From Alphaproteobacteria bacterium (GTDB lineage Bacteria > Pseudomonadota > Alphaproteobacteria > ATCC43930 > CGMCC-115725): DNA of 34,469 nucleotides. Below are positions 1 to 8,841 of the stretch, in pieces; position 1 is the first letter of the stretch; every line of letters starts with the position of its first letter. Location of the stretch: the NCBI GenBank assembly GCA_019237175.1, contig JAFAHP010000280.1:1-34469 (forward strand), in the 5' to 3' direction. The notes beneath the pieces were generated by a model. That model searched no databases. It saw only the letters and a list, made by a program, of their open reading frames with translations, and was not told the origin of the DNA. The translations under genes and the position numbers were made by a program.

Positions 1-190
1 GCAGCCCGCGTGGTTGGGGTCGGAATGTCGGGACGGCAAGGCGAGATAAGCGAGGAGATCTGCCGGGGCGGGTGACCGCGGCAGAAGTCAGAGCCTTCAT
101 AGTACCGATGCGGCCTCGGCCGTGAGAGGGGCGGCTAGCAAAACCGCTCCGAGGGAAGGGAGGCAGGAAGTTGGAGGTGCGAAGTCCGGA

Positions 191-1519
191 ATGAGGCAAC
201 AAGCCGCCTCGGGAGTGCCGGAAAAGGCTACGCAAGGGGCAGAAGCCCGCCGCCGCAGTCCGTGGTGGTGGACCGAAGCGTCGATCTGGACCGAGCGCAT
301 GGTGTCGGCGCTGGGCAACGGCGTCAAAGGAGGCAAGTGGTACAGTCTGATGGATAAGCTCGTCCGACCGACGACCCTGGAGGCGGCGTGGCACAAAGTC
401 GCGCGCAACCAGGGGGCGGCCGGGGTGGACGGCCAGAGCATCGAACGGTTCGCAGCCCAAGCGGAGCGGTATCTGCAGGAACTCCAGCACAGCCTGGCGG
501 ACGGCAGCTACCAGCCGCACCCGGTCAAACGGGTAGAGATCCCCAAAGGCGACGGGCGAACCCGGCCGCTGGGGATCCCGACGGTCAAGGACCGGATCGT
601 GCAGACGGCTCTCAAAATGGTCATCGAGCCGATCTTTGAAACTCAGTTCCGCTCGGGCAGCTACGGCTTCCGTCCGGGACGCAGTTGCAAAGACGCGCTG
701 CGGGAAGTCGATCGGTTGCTGAAGGCGGGGTTCGCCTGGGTGGTGGACGCCGACCTGCAGAGCTATTTCGACAGCATCCCGCACAAGAAGCTGATGACCC
801 TGGTGGCAGGCTCGATCAGCGACGGGCCGGTCCTGTCGCTGATCGAGGGCTTCCTCCGGCAAGACATCATGAAGGACATGACGCGCTGGCGGCCGACGAC
901 GGGAACGCCCCAAGGGGCGGTGATCTCGCCGTTGCTTGCCAACCTCTATCTGCATCCGCTCGACCTTCTAATGGAACAGAGTGGAGTGCGGATGGTGCGG
1001 TATGCCGACGACTTTGTGATCCTGTGCCGGACGGAAGCGGAGGCCATGGCCGCCCTGCGCCAAATCCAGGCGTGGGTCGCAGCCAACGGCCTGACCTTGC
1101 ACCCAGACAAGACGCGGGTCGGCGACAGCCGCCAACCGGGACAGGGTTTCGAATTCCTTGGCTACCGGTTCGAGGCGGGTCGTCGGCTGGTGCGCAAGAA
1201 GAGCCTGAAGGCGGTCAAGGACAAGGTGAGAAGCCTGACGGGCCGCAGCCGGGGCGACAGCCTCGAGCGGATCGTCAATGATCTCAACCCGATATTGCGG
1301 GGCTGGTTTGGCTATTTCCAGCATGCCACACCAGCTTTGTTCGACGTCCTCGACGGCTTCGTCCGCAGACGGTTGCGCGCCATCCTGCGCAAGCAGGAAA
1401 AGCGACCCGGCATTGGACGATGCCCAGCCGACCATCAACGCTGGCCCAATGCCTTCTTCGCGGCTCACGGGCTATTCACCCTCTGCACGGCTTCTGAGCA
1501 AGCGAGACACTCCCGATGA
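191..1519 (+). CDS. Group II intron-encoded reverse transcriptase/maturase (IEP), no endonuclease domain
   Basis: RT blocks PLGIPTVKDRIVQ, YGFRPGRS, DLQSYFDSIPH and GTPQGAVISPLLANLYL, plus the catalytic YADDFVILC. Maturase X motif LNPILRGWFGYF. The short C-terminal tail has no HNH/En motif. The frame is open from GTG 122; the first ATG is at 191, preceded by GGAGG at 173-177. The start is uncertain. Confidence 0.9.
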   Translation: MRQQAASGVPEKATQGAEARRRSPWWWTEASIWTERMVSALGNGVKGGKWYSLMDKLVRPTTLEAAWHKVARNQGAAGVDGQSIERFAAQAERYLQELQHSLADGSYQPHPVKRVEIPKGDGRTRPLGIPTVKDRIVQTALKMVIEPIFETQFRSGSYGFRPGRSCKDALREVDRLLKAGFAWVVDADLQSYFDSIPHKKLMTLVAGSISDGPVLSLIEGFLRQDIMKDMTRWRPTTGTPQGAVISPLLANLYLHPLDLLMEQSGVRMVRYADDFVILCRTEAEAMAALRQIQAWVAANGLTLHPDKTRVGDSRQPGQGFEFLGYRFEAGRRLVRKKSLKAVKDKVRSLTGRSRGDSLERIVNDLNPILRGWFGYFQHATPALFDVLDGFVRRRLRAILRKQEKRPGIGRCPADHQRWPNAFFAAHGLFTLCTASEQARHSR

Positions 1520-1536
1520 GGAAACCAACGACTGGA

Positions 1537-1606
1537 GAGCCGTGTGCGGGAGAACCGCCTGCACGGTTCGGAGGGCGGGGAGGGCGCAACCCTTCCCGAC
1601 CCCTAT
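1537..1606 (+). ncRNA. Group II intron domain V (1537-1569) and domain VI with branch-point A (1571-1603), plus the 3' terminal nucleotides
   Basis: DV: GAGCCGUGU/GCACGGUUC form a 9-bp lower stem containing the AGC triad (1538-1540), with a 2-nt CU bulge and a GCGG/CCGC upper stem with a purine-rich loop. DVI: 1573-1584 pairs with 1590-1602, leaving A1599 unpaired. All pairings were read directly from the sequence. Confidence 0.8.
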
Positions 1607-1635
1607 CTGAACAGGAGGGTGGTTCGTACCACTAG

Positions 1636-3855
1636 ATGGTGCGGCCGCCGCCCGGAGCTCCCCGGAAGAGGGTTCTGCCTTCGGCGAGCGAGATCGTTGC
1701 GTTTGTTCGTCAAAGCCCGTCTGCGGTCGGCCAACGAGAGATCGCTCGCGCCTTCAATCTGGCACCGGCGGACCGACCGGTGCTGCGCGAGATGCTGCGC
1801 CAGATCGAACGCTCGGGAACGATAGCTCGGGCAGCCAATCGGCGACTCGTCGGGGGTATGGCGCTGCCCGAGCTGACCGTGGTCGAGCGGGTCGGCACCG
1901 ACGAGGACGGGATCCCGCTGGTCAGCCCGGTCGGTTGGCCCGGACCCGACCCCGCGCCGCTGCTGCGGCTTGCCGAGGAGGGCGGCGAGCCGCTGCCGGC
2001 TGGCGCCCGCGCCGCCGCCCGGCTGGTGATGCTCGACACCGGCGAAATCGAGGCGCGACTGATCCGCCGGCTTGCTTCCAGCTCTGAACGGGTGGTCGGA
2101 ATTTTTGAAAAGGATCGCAAGGGCGGCCGTGTGTTGGCGGCCGACCGCCGCAGCAAGGCCGAATACAGAGTTGCCGAACTTGCTGCCGGCGGTGCTGTCG
2201 AAGGCGAGCTGGTCGTGGCCGAGATCTTGGCCGGGACGCGGTTTGGCTTGCCGCGAGCACAGATTGTCGAGCGCCTCGGTCGGGCGAGCGATCCCGGCGC
2301 CATCAGCCTGTTGGCGATCGCATCGTTCGCGATTCCCACCGAATTCCCCGCTGATGTCATCGCCGAAGCCGACGCGGCGGCGCCGGTCGATCTTTTTGGG
2401 CGGGTCGATCTGCGCGATCTGCCTTTGATGACGATCGACGGCAGCGATGCCCGCGATTTCGACGATGCCGTTTGGGCGGAGCCCGATCCAGACCCCGCCA
2501 ACCCCGGTGGGTGGCATCTCGTTGTCGCGATCGCCGATGTCGCCTGGTATGTCCGGCCCGACAGCGCGCTCGATCGTGAGGCCGAGCGGCGCGGCAACTC
2601 GGTTTACTTTCCCGACCGCGTTGTGCCGATGCTGCCCGAGGCGCTCTCAGACGAACTGTGCTCGCTGAAGCCAGGCTTCGACCGCGCGTGCATTGCTGCG
2701 CATCTGTGGATCGATTCTGCCGGCCACAAACGCTGCCATCGTTTCGTGCGCGCACTGATGCGCTCCGCTGCGCGGCTCACTTATGACGAGGTCCAGGCGA
2801 TTAACGACGGGCAATGTCCGTCACCGGCCGCGGTTTCAACCTCGGGGATCGAGGCGCTGTACGGCGCTTTTGCCGCGCTGGCGCGGGCGCGCGCGACACG
2901 GGGCGCGTTGGAGCTCGAACTGCGTGAAGATCGCGTCGTGCTCGACGACGGCGGGCGGCCGGTCGCCGTGCTGCCCATACCACGTCTTGACAGCCACCGC
3001 CTGATCGAGGAGTTCATGATCCTTGCCAATGTCGCTGCAGCCGAGGAGCTGGAGGCGCGGCATCAGCCCTGCATGTATCGTATCCACGACGCGCCCGATC
3101 CGGAAAAGATCGCGGCATTGCAGGATTTTCTCGACGAAAGCGGCATCCCTGGGCTCGCTCTTGCCAAGGGCCAGGCGCCAAAGCCGGAGATGTTCAATCG
3201 TCTTTTGCGCCGCGCCGGGGACACCCCGGTTGCCCCACTCGTTAATGAACTGGTATTGCGTTGCCAGGCTCAAGCCGCCTACAGCTCGAACAACATCGGG
3301 CATTTTGGGCTGGCGTTGCGGCGCTACGCGCACTTTACCTCACCAATCCGACGCTACGCCGATATTCTGGTTCATCGGGCGCTGATCGCCGGCGCCAATG
3401 CCGCCGGAACCGCGTTCGGCGCCGGGGGGCTGCCGCCGAGGTTCCGTTCCGAGCACCTTGCGGCGGTGGGCGAGCATATCTCCGCAACCGAACGGCGCGC
3501 CGCCGCCGCCGAACGCGCCGCGCTCGAACGCTATCGGGCAACCCTGCTCGCCGATTCAATCGGCGGAACCTTTGCGGCGCGAATCAGCGGCATTGCGGAT
3601 TTCGGCCTGTTTGTCACGCTCTTGGCGACCGGAGCCGACGGCTTAGTGCCGATCTCAACCCTGTGGTCCGATCGCTACGACCGCCGCGAAAAACCACCCC
3701 GTCTCGTCGGCCGACGCTTTGGCGGCGTCTTTCGGCTGGGCGATCCGATTACCGTGCGTCTCGTTGAGGCGGACCCGATCCGCGGCCGATTGCTGTTTCG
3801 CATCGAAGGAGAGAAAACGTCGGAGCGCGGCGGTCGCGGTAAGCGGCGTAGTTGA
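1636..3855 (+). CDS. rnr: Ribonuclease R (3'-5' exoribonuclease, RNB family)
   Basis: 739-aa ORF with RNB-domain motifs (TIDGSDARDFDDAVWAE, YFPDRVVPMLPE, HFGLALRRYAHFTSPIRRYADILVHR), a C-terminal S1-like segment and a basic tail. AGGAGG at 1613-1618 lies upstream of ATG 1636. Confidence 0.93.
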   Translation: MVRPPPGAPRKRVLPSASEIVAFVRQSPSAVGQREIARAFNLAPADRPVLREMLRQIERSGTIARAANRRLVGGMALPELTVVERVGTDEDGIPLVSPVGWPGPDPAPLLRLAEEGGEPLPAGARAAARLVMLDTGEIEARLIRRLASSSERVVGIFEKDRKGGRVLAADRRSKAEYRVAELAAGGAVEGELVVAEILAGTRFGLPRAQIVERLGRASDPGAISLLAIASFAIPTEFPADVIAEADAAAPVDLFGRVDLRDLPLMTIDGSDARDFDDAVWAEPDPDPANPGGWHLVVAIADVAWYVRPDSALDREAERRGNSVYFPDRVVPMLPEALSDELCSLKPGFDRACIAAHLWIDSAGHKRCHRFVRALMRSAARLTYDEVQAINDGQCPSPAAVSTSGIEALYGAFAALARARATRGALELELREDRVVLDDGGRPVAVLPIPRLDSHRLIEEFMILANVAAAEELEARHQPCMYRIHDAPDPEKIAALQDFLDESGIPGLALAKGQAPKPEMFNRLLRRAGDTPVAPLVNELVLRCQAQAAYSSNNIGHFGLALRRYAHFTSPIRRYADILVHRALIAGANAAGTAFGAGGLPPRFRSEHLAAVGEHISATERRAAAAERAALERYRATLLADSIGGTFAARISGIADFGLFVTLLATGADGLVPISTLWSDRYDRREKPPRLVGRRFGGVFRLGDPITVRLVEADPIRGRLLFRIEGEKTSERGGRGKRRS

Positions 3856-3954
3856 TCGACAAGCTGCAGCAATCTACGATCTGTTCGCAGCGGACGCAGA
3901 TTGGGCGTGGCAGGGGGCCTGCAGCCCTCCGCGGGGATTTTGGGGTATCCCTCG

Positions 3955-5607
3955 ATGTCAAAGTTGTTCCGTCCGGCGATTTCGCTCGCATCGGCGAACA
4001 TTGTCGCGGTCGTTCTGGTACTTGCGAATTGCGCGCAGATACCGCCGCTGCCGCTCGATCCGGCAGGGCGCTTGTTCGCCCGTGGTCTGGACCAGATCGA
4101 CGAGCTTTACATCGTTAAGGTATCGAACCGTGCGCTGGTTTTCGATGCCGCCAATCGCCTCGCACAACTCGACCCGAAATTGCGGGTCACCGAGGTGTCG
4201 GGACCGCACGATCAGACCGAAATCATTCTAACCTATGACAGTCGCGAGGTAGCAGCCTACCCGAGCCCGTCCGGCGATGATCCGCATGTCTGGGGTGGAT
4301 GGCTGGGCCAGTTCGGAGCGGATGCGAAGCGAGCCTCGCCGACCCTTGCAGCGAAATCGCAGGACGACCTCGACAAGGTGCTGTTTGACGGCATTACCAG
4401 CGGGCTCGACCGCTTCTCTCGCTACAATACGCCGCAGGTCGCTCGGGATCAGCGCGCCGCGCGCGACGGTTTCGGCGGCATTGGTATCCTGCTTGAGGAC
4501 GACGCGAACCCATACCGGATAACTAAGGTCGTACCTGGGAGCCCGGCCGATACAGTAGGCATCCGGGTTGGCGACGGGCTGCTCGCAGTAGACGGGCAGC
4601 CCACCGCCAACCGCTCTCAAAACGAGGTGATCCGCCAGCTCCGCGGTGCAATCGCCAGCACCGTCGCGGTCACCGTCGATCGTCCGGCGGGCGGCGGGCG
4701 GCGGAGTTATCGGCTGCAGCGCACTCTAATCGTCTTGCCGACAGTGACCGTGACGCGCGTCACGGACGTCGCCGTTTTTCATGTTTCCGGGTTTAACCAG
4801 AATACAACGCAACAGCTCGTGGCCGACTTGGAGGACATCGAACGGCAGTTGGGTCCCCAGTTGCACGGCGCCGTGCTCGATCTGCGCGGCGATCCGGGCG
4901 GCCTGCTCGATCAAGCGGTAAGTCTCGCCGACGTCTTTATCGAAAAAGGGCCGATAGCGGCAACGGTGGGGCGCAATCCGGCGAGCCGCCAGTATTTCGA
5001 GGCGTCGGGCGAGGCTGTGGCAGCGCACGTGCCGATGGTCGTCCTGATCAATGGCGGGTCAGCTTCAGCCTCGGAAATTGTCGCGGCAGCGTTGCAGGAC
5101 GCCGGACGAGCGGTCGTTGTCGGCACCGCCTCGTACGGGAAGGGTACGGTACAGACCGTGCTCCGGCTCCCAAATGATGGAGAGCTCGTCTTGACATGGG
5201 CTGAGCTTGTCGCCCCTGCCGGATATTCGTTAAACGGGCATGGCGTAGTCCCGACAATCTGCACCAGCAGGGTCGGCGATGACCCGCGATCGATCGAGGC
5301 CGTATTGCAGCACACCGGCGAAGCCGCATCCGCGGAAGCGGTCACGACGGCTCCGCGCGCCTCACTCGACGAACGTGATTGGGCCGAGTTGCGCGCTGCT
5401 TGTCCCCCCCGCCCCGGCGATCGTGCGGTTGACTTGACCGTGGCCGAACGCCTGCTGGCCGATCCAGCGCTCTACGCCCAGGCGGTGCATACGATCGGGT
5501 CGGCCTCAAACCTCGCGGCAAAGCCGGTCAGTAGCACTCCGACCACGTCGAAGGGCGCCTTGACAGGGTACAGCGGATCGCTATCTTCGAGCGAGCATCC
5601 CCCCTGA
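3955..5607 (+). CDS. S41 family C-terminal processing peptidase with PDZ domain, exported or membrane-anchored
   Basis: PDZ-like segment ([26 protein letters not shown]). S41 Ser/Lys dyad context ([17 protein letters not shown] ... SYGKGTVQT). Hydrophobic N-terminus [26 protein letters not shown] with a non-canonical lipobox-like LANC. Start trimmed from 3901 to ATG 3955. Confidence 0.85.
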   Translation: MSKLFRPAISLASANIVAVVLVLANCAQIPPLPLDPAGRLFARGLDQIDELYIVKVSNRALVFDAANRLAQLDPKLRVTEVSGPHDQTEIILTYDSREVAAYPSPSGDDPHVWGGWLGQFGADAKRASPTLAAKSQDDLDKVLFDGITSGLDRFSRYNTPQVARDQRAARDGFGGIGILLEDDANPYRITKVVPGSPADTVGIRVGDGLLAVDGQPTANRSQNEVIRQLRGAIASTVAVTVDRPAGGGRRSYRLQRTLIVLPTVTVTRVTDVAVFHVSGFNQNTTQQLVADLEDIERQLGPQLHGAVLDLRGDPGGLLDQAVSLADVFIEKGPIAATVGRNPASRQYFEASGEAVAAHVPMVVLINGGSASASEIVAAALQDAGRAVVVGTASYGKGTVQTVLRLPNDGELVLTWAELVAPAGYSLNGHGVVPTICTSRVGDDPRSIEAVLQHTGEAASAEAVTTAPRASLDERDWAELRAACPPRPGDRAVDLTVAERLLADPALYAQAVHTIGSASNLAAKPVSSTPTTSKGALTGYSGSLSSSEHPP

Positions 5608-5626
5608 TCGTGGAAAGACGCAAGTC

Positions 5627-5794
5627 ATGGCCAAGACCAATACTGTCCTGATCAAACTCGTCAGCAGCGCTGACACCGGCTATTATTATGTAACCAAGAA
5701 AAATCCTCGCAACAAGACAGCAAAGCTGGAGCTGAAAAAGTTCGATCCAGTGGCGCGCAAACACGTCCTCTTCAAGGAAGCCAAGATCAAGTAA
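5627..5794 (+). CDS. rpmG: 50S ribosomal protein L33
   Basis: Absent from the ORF track because it is 55 aa. My translation is [55 protein letters not shown], a typical bacterial L33. TAA stop at 5792-5794. Confidence 0.93.
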   Translation: MAKTNTVLIKLVSSADTGYYYVTKKNPRNKTAKLELKKFDPVARKHVLFKEAKIK

Positions 5795-5983
5795 GACGTG
5801 ATCGCGCGATCGGATCGACGAGGCGTGAATGATTGCGCAGGAACGGTGCAACAAGGTCTCCCGTACGGGTCACTCCAGCGTGGCCTCCTTTCCTCGTCGG
5901 ATTCCCCCTCTCGAAGCGGTGGTAGCCGGCACGGCGCCAATTGGCGTCGCGAGTAGGGGGCAGGAGGATCGACCGGTTGCGCA

Positions 5984-7264
5984 TCATAACGAGCGGTCCC
6001 GCTTTTTGACGAGTTCTGCCAGTCGGGTTAGGCACTGGGTGCGGTCGGGGGCAAAATCCGCCGCTTCCCACCAGCGTTCGACGGCGTCGAGTAGGGTACC
6101 AACACGAGGTCCGGGTGAAATGCCAAGGGCAGTGACGTCGCGGCCGGTCAACGGGAACATAGGTGGCGTCCAATCGCCGGCAAGGGCGAGGATCCCGGCC
6201 AGCTGGCCCGAGCTCACGACGCCTTCGGCGGTCTGCAAAAGCGCGAGATCGCGATAACGGTCGGCACCAAACCGATATAGGGCGCGGCGCTGTGTCACGT
6301 CGTCGCCATTCGGGTCGAATGGCCAAGGGGGGACCAAGCCTCGCAGCCGGACGCGCCAAGCATTAGCAAAGCGCAGTCTGTCCGAAAGCACTTGGACGGC
6401 AGCGGCGTCGACCGCAATGACCGCAGCGAGCCGGCGCAGCGGATCGGGCTCGGGCTCGATCTCGATCATCCGCTGCAGCCGATCGAGCCGGCGCGCCTCG
6501 GGCAGGATCACCGCCAGCACACCGTCATCCGCCATCATGCGGAGCGCCGCCCTCGGATCGGCGGTTTCGAGCAATCTGATCAGTTCCCGGGCGACGCGCT
6601 CGGCCGACAAGCTCAGCAGGAGCTGGGCCGCGGCACGACAAGCGGCGCGCGCCTGGGGGTCGCCTTTGCCCGCGCCAAAGCGCGCCTCGAACCGGTAATA
6701 GCGCAAAATCCGTAATACATCTTCGGCGATGCGGATAGCCGGATCGCCGACAAAGCGGACCCTGCGCGCCCGCAGATCGGCCAACCCGCCAGTCGGGTCG
6801 TCAATGACGCCTTCGGGCGACAAATAGATCGCATTGATCGTGAAGTCGCGCCGTGCGGCATCTGCCGCCCAGTCGGCATCGAACGCAACACGCGCCCGGC
6901 GACCATAGGTTTCGACGTCGCGGCGCAAGGTGGTGATTTCGAAATGACGAACCGGCTCGCCCGGTTGAGCTGCAGGGATCGCGGTCACCGTACCGTGGTC
7001 GAGACCGATCGGTATGACTTTGATTCCACGATGTTCAAGCAGTTCGATGACGCGCTTCGGCGGGGCCGGTGTGGCAAGGTCGATGTCGATATCGGTCCCC
7101 GCCCTCCCACCGGTGGACAGGCCAAGCAAGGCATTGCGCACGACACCGCCGACAAAGCGAGCCTCAACCGCGCCTGCGGCGAGCGCATCGAGCACGGCTC
7201 GCGTTGACGGCTCTACCATCCAAGGCGGCAGCTCGATCCGCAAAGGCGCCGGAGGTTCGCTCAT
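5984..7264 (-). CDS. cca: CCA tRNA nucleotidyltransferase / poly(A) polymerase family
   Basis: Nucleotidyltransferase head motif RFVGGVVRNALLG...GTDIDIDLAT, then ETYGRRA and RDFTINA blocks. Start trimmed from 7435 to ATG 7264 (MSEPPAPL...), which overlaps the upstream gene's stop by 4 nt (ATGA). Confidence 0.88.
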   Translation of the reverse strand: MSEPPAPLRIELPPWMVEPSTRAVLDALAAGAVEARFVGGVVRNALLGLSTGGRAGTDIDIDLATPAPPKRVIELLEHRGIKVIPIGLDHGTVTAIPAAQPGEPVRHFEITTLRRDVETYGRRARVAFDADWAADAARRDFTINAIYLSPEGVIDDPTGGLADLRARRVRFVGDPAIRIAEDVLRILRYYRFEARFGAGKGDPQARAACRAAAQLLLSLSAERVARELIRLLETADPRAALRMMADDGVLAVILPEARRLDRLQRMIEIEPEPDPLRRLAAVIAVDAAAVQVLSDRLRFANAWRVRLRGLVPPWPFDPNGDDVTQRRALYRFGADRYRDLALLQTAEGVVSSGQLAGILALAGDWTPPMFPLTGRDVTALGISPGPRVGTLLDAVERWWEAADFAPDRTQCLTRLAELVKKRDRSL

Positions 7265-7542
7265 TGTGGTGACCTCGGCTCGATATGGCCGGGGATGATC
7301 CGGCCGTTTACATACCGCGGCGCGACATAGACACCCTCTTGCCGGGTGCCAAAGCCGACAGCGACGACAAACAGCACGATCACCAAGGACAGTACACCGG
7401 CGGTGGTTAGCCACAGCCAGGGTACCGACCTCCACCCCCCTGTCGCGCGTTCACGAGGTGCGGCGAAGATCGTGATCCATAAGAGATAGAGTGCGGTCGG
7501 CACCATCAGCGGGACAACGATCGTGAGAAAGACCCGGATCAT
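7261..7542 (-). CDS. Small two-TM membrane protein, uncharacterised
   Basis: 93 aa with two clear hydrophobic helices (IRVFLTIVVPLMVPTALYLLWITIF and WLWLTTAGVLSLVIVLFVVAV). It is tightly packed between the Nudix gene (5-nt gap) and cca (4-nt overlap), which supports it being real. Confidence 0.65.
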   Translation of the reverse strand: MIRVFLTIVVPLMVPTALYLLWITIFAAPRERATGGWRSVPWLWLTTAGVLSLVIVLFVVAVGFGTRQEGVYVAPRYVNGRIIPGHIEPRSPQ

Positions 7543-7547
7543 ACCGC

Positions 7548-8201
7548 TCAGCCGGCGAGCACCTCGGCCAAGTTCACCAACATCCCGGCGGTGGCTCCCC
7601 AGATGTTGCGGCCTTGATACGGCAGTACAAAAAATACGCGACGCCGCTCTTCAAAGATCCGCTCGGTGCGGCGATGGTTGTGGGGGTCGAGAACAAATGA
7701 CAGCGGCACCTCGAACACATCGGCAACTTCGAATGGATCGACGCTCAGTGAGAACGGGGTGGAGACAAGGCCAACCACCGGCGTAATCTCGAAACCGGTC
7801 CCGGTCACATAGGTGTCGAGCCGCCCGACCAAAGTCACACGCTCCCGCAGCAATCCGATCTCTTCTTCGGTTTCGCGCAGAGCTGCTGCGACCGCATCGC
7901 TGTCCCCCGGCTCGACCCTGCCGCCTGGAAACGCGATCTGGCCGGCATGCGCGCTCAGATGCGCCGTGCGCTGTGTCAGCAAGACCGACATTCCTTCGGC
8001 GCGATCGATCAGCGGCACCAGGACCGCCGCCGGACGCAGCGCCGCACTCGGCGGGGTCATTCCCGGGTTGAGGTCATGATCGCCGCGGGTTGCTTGACGC
8101 AATGCCGCTGCTTCAGCAGCGTTCGCGGCGCCGCCAAAGCCGCGACGTCCAGGCTCGCCAAGGCGGGCAAAGCGCGCCATGACCCATTCGCGCGTCAACA
8201 T
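7548..8201 (-). CDS. nudL: CoA pyrophosphatase (Nudix hydrolase, NudL-like)
   Basis: LLTQRTAHLSAHAGQIAFPGG signature followed by the Nudix box GGRVEPGDSDAVAAALRETEEEIGL. An alternative start is ATG 8180. Confidence 0.85.
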   Translation of the reverse strand: MLTREWVMARFARLGEPGRRGFGGAANAAEAAALRQATRGDHDLNPGMTPPSAALRPAAVLVPLIDRAEGMSVLLTQRTAHLSAHAGQIAFPGGRVEPGDSDAVAAALRETEEEIGLLRERVTLVGRLDTYVTGTGFEITPVVGLVSTPFSLSVDPFEVADVFEVPLSFVLDPHNHRRTERIFEERRRVFFVLPYQGRNIWGATAGMLVNLAEVLAG

Positions 8202-8246
8202 CGCCCGCGCTCCCTGCGTTCCCGATGACCAAGGCCAGCCACGGCT

Positions 8247-8798
8247 TCACACGCAATCCGAGGCGGGATGGCCGAGTCGGAAAAAGACGCCGTTGCTCCA
8301 TACCCCAAGTTGCGTCTTCCCTGCGACCGATGTGTCGAGGGCCAGCGCAGCGAGCTCGTAGAACACGGGCCGCGACAATCGGGCTTCCAACCGATCGCGC
8401 ACAAGAATATAGGGCTGAGGTTCACCTGATGGTGCAGCCTCGACCCGGAGCGGATGATCGGTTCCCGCGGTCACAATATCGTCCAGATTGGTGCGGAAGA
8501 TCAGTTGCTGCTCGCAGCCTTTGCCGGCTACCGTCAGTTCGACCGCGAGAAACGGAGCGTCGTCGACAAGGATGCGGCCGCGTTCCGCCGGGGTCACGAG
8601 CCAATAGGCGCCATCCGCCTCGCGGTGCAGGACGGAAGCAAAGAGTTTGACGAGCGGCAGCCGGCCGATGGGAGAACCGCGATAGTGCCAATTGCCGTCA
8701 CGGGCGATCCGTATATCGAGATCACCACACTCGATCGGTCGGCGCGCGCCCGCCTCCGGGCCGATCATTGAGGAATTGTCCGAGCGGATATTTTGCAT
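8247..8798 (-). CDS. DUF1285 domain-containing protein
   Basis: The C-terminal 183 aa of the 281-aa ORF match my memory of DUF1285 (CGDLDIRIARDGNWHYRGSPIGRLPLVKLFASVL...YWLVTPAERGRILVDDAPF...FRTNLDD). Start trimmed to ATG 8798; ATG 8768 is an alternative. The longer 5' extension would overlap moxR. Confidence 0.75.
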   Translation of the reverse strand: MQNIRSDNSSMIGPEAGARRPIECGDLDIRIARDGNWHYRGSPIGRLPLVKLFASVLHREADGAYWLVTPAERGRILVDDAPFLAVELTVAGKGCEQQLIFRTNLDDIVTAGTDHPLRVEAAPSGEPQPYILVRDRLEARLSRPVFYELAALALDTSVAGKTQLGVWSNGVFFRLGHPASDCV

Positions 8799-8841
8799 CA
8801 GGTTTGCACCGGCCGAAGCGTTTGAAAAGGATCGCCACCTC

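Larger units (their letters stand above)
1..1606 (+). mobile_element. Group II intron, 3' portion (domains upstream of the ORF are partly present; the 5' splice site lies left of the window)
   Basis: An RT/maturase ORF is followed 17 nt later by a textbook domain V hairpin (1537-1569) and a domain VI helix (1571-1603) with one bulged A at 1599. The 3' splice site is inferred about 7 nt after the branch A (near 1606, ...CCUAU). Bases 1-190 are non-coding and lie upstream of the ORF. No GUGYG 5' end is present in the window. Confidence 0.85.

Noticed and set aside
122-1519. The reverse transcriptase ORF could have been a retron, a DRT/abortive-infection RT or another defence-associated RT.
   Set aside because: It carries the maturase X motif (RGWFGYF) and is followed immediately by canonical group II intron domains V and VI with a bulged branch A. 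It is therefore an intron-encoded protein, not a free-standing defence RT. No ncRNA/msd-like repeats or effector genes are adjacent.
1603-2597. Long minus-strand ORFs (304 aa and 295 aa) opposite rnr.
   Set aside because: They are antisense to a strongly supported RNB-family gene. Their translations are Arg/Ala/Pro/Ser-rich low-complexity sequence typical of off-frame reading in GC-rich DNA, with no recognisable motifs.
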